DNA of 64,000 bases from the NCBI RefSeq assembly GCF_006345805.1, contig NC_043003.1, positions 72,044,001 to 72,108,000 on the forward strand, read 5' to 3'. Within the stretch, counting starts at the first letter, position 1. Each line of letters begins with the position of its first letter. This document shows, one piece after another, positions 63,270-64,000 of this stretch. The notes under the pieces were generated by a model, which saw only the letters and a list, made by a program, of their open reading frames with translations, did no database searches and had not been told where the DNA came from. The position numbers and the translations under genes are program-made. The DNA comes from Octopus sinensis (lineage: Eukaryota).

Positions 63270-64000
63270 CCATCTTTAGCCCAGCCTATGTCAAACACAT
63301 GGAAAATTTTGTGGGGGGACATCATAGTCCACTTGAATAATTCTTTGCCTCAATTTATTAGAGAGCTGGTTTTTCGTCAGGTATTTTTTGCCCAAGTGCC
63401 GGTAAGAAAGTATTTTCTTGGATTTATTTCGAAGTATCCTTGATTAAAGCAGGACCAGTCGAAATTAAAAGGGTGTGTATTAATATTGTTTTGTGATGTG
63501 AGCTCGAATGTTTTAGGCAGCGTATGATGCAGGGCTTAGCCTTGGTATGACTCGGACGAAGTTAATACATGATTTCCATATTGTACAAATGATCTAATGT
63601 TTACGACGTCGTTCGAAAGAATAAAGTTTGAGCTTTGTAAGGCGATCTCATTAACCAAGGCCTATCATGCCATTTATTTTTCAATTTTTACTGTCTTTTC
63701 TTGTGATCGATCTTTGCATGTCTTAATTCCCATATTTTGTTTTGTAAAATGTGATGCAGCAGGAAGCAGTATTCAAGGTGGAACTAAGCGAAGTTGGGAA
63801 GGGGAGTATCATGGTACCAAGATCTCTAGACTGGAAAGTTCTAAGGATTCATGAGTACATTCTGCGTGCCATATCAAATTTATTGTTGAACTCCAGTTTC
63901 GGTTGTCCACAGTTACATCGAAGTCAGTGATATTACCTGACGTCACATGATGCACTCCTGAAGGAAGAGTCTATGGTTATTTAAATGTTCCCATTTCTCA
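63270..64000 (-). mobile_element. Decayed CR1/L2-group LINE RT C-terminal fragment, running off the window end
   Basis: HLEYC and LTKLKLYSFERRRK motifs on the minus strand with many disruptions. Confidence 0.55.

Overview
Eukaryotic, AT-rich, repeat-saturated genomic DNA. The tRNA-derived SINE families and the microsatellite load look to me like octopus/coleoid cephalopod (recognition, not a database result). There is no complete host gene. The only convincing host-gene signal is a candidate first coding exon for a signal peptide at 53900-53954 (GCCATGG start, phase-1 AG/GTAAGT donor). The rest is microsatellites plus decayed mobile elements: Penelope-like elements (RT and GIY-YIG remnants), Tx1/L1-, CR1/L2- and R4/Dong-like LINE fragments, four Tc1/mariner relics, an internally deleted Helitron with both termini, and many SINE copies. 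Almost all long ORFs in the supplied track are microsatellite artefacts. The most interesting structure is an ORF-less element at 49124-50160. It carries three copies of a type I hammerhead ribozyme core, one of them structurally complete. They are arranged as a spacerless 650-bp palindrome centred at the ribozyme core plus a 489-nt direct repeat, i.e. a retrozyme-like / Penelope-pLTR-derived unit nested inside a SINE. Other highlights: a second hammerhead at 25177-25284, four more fold-back palindromes, a SINE whose 3' tail matches a Tx1-type LINE in the same window, and an identical SINE-in-SINE junction at two loci. All alignments and folds were done by eye and need computational confirmation.
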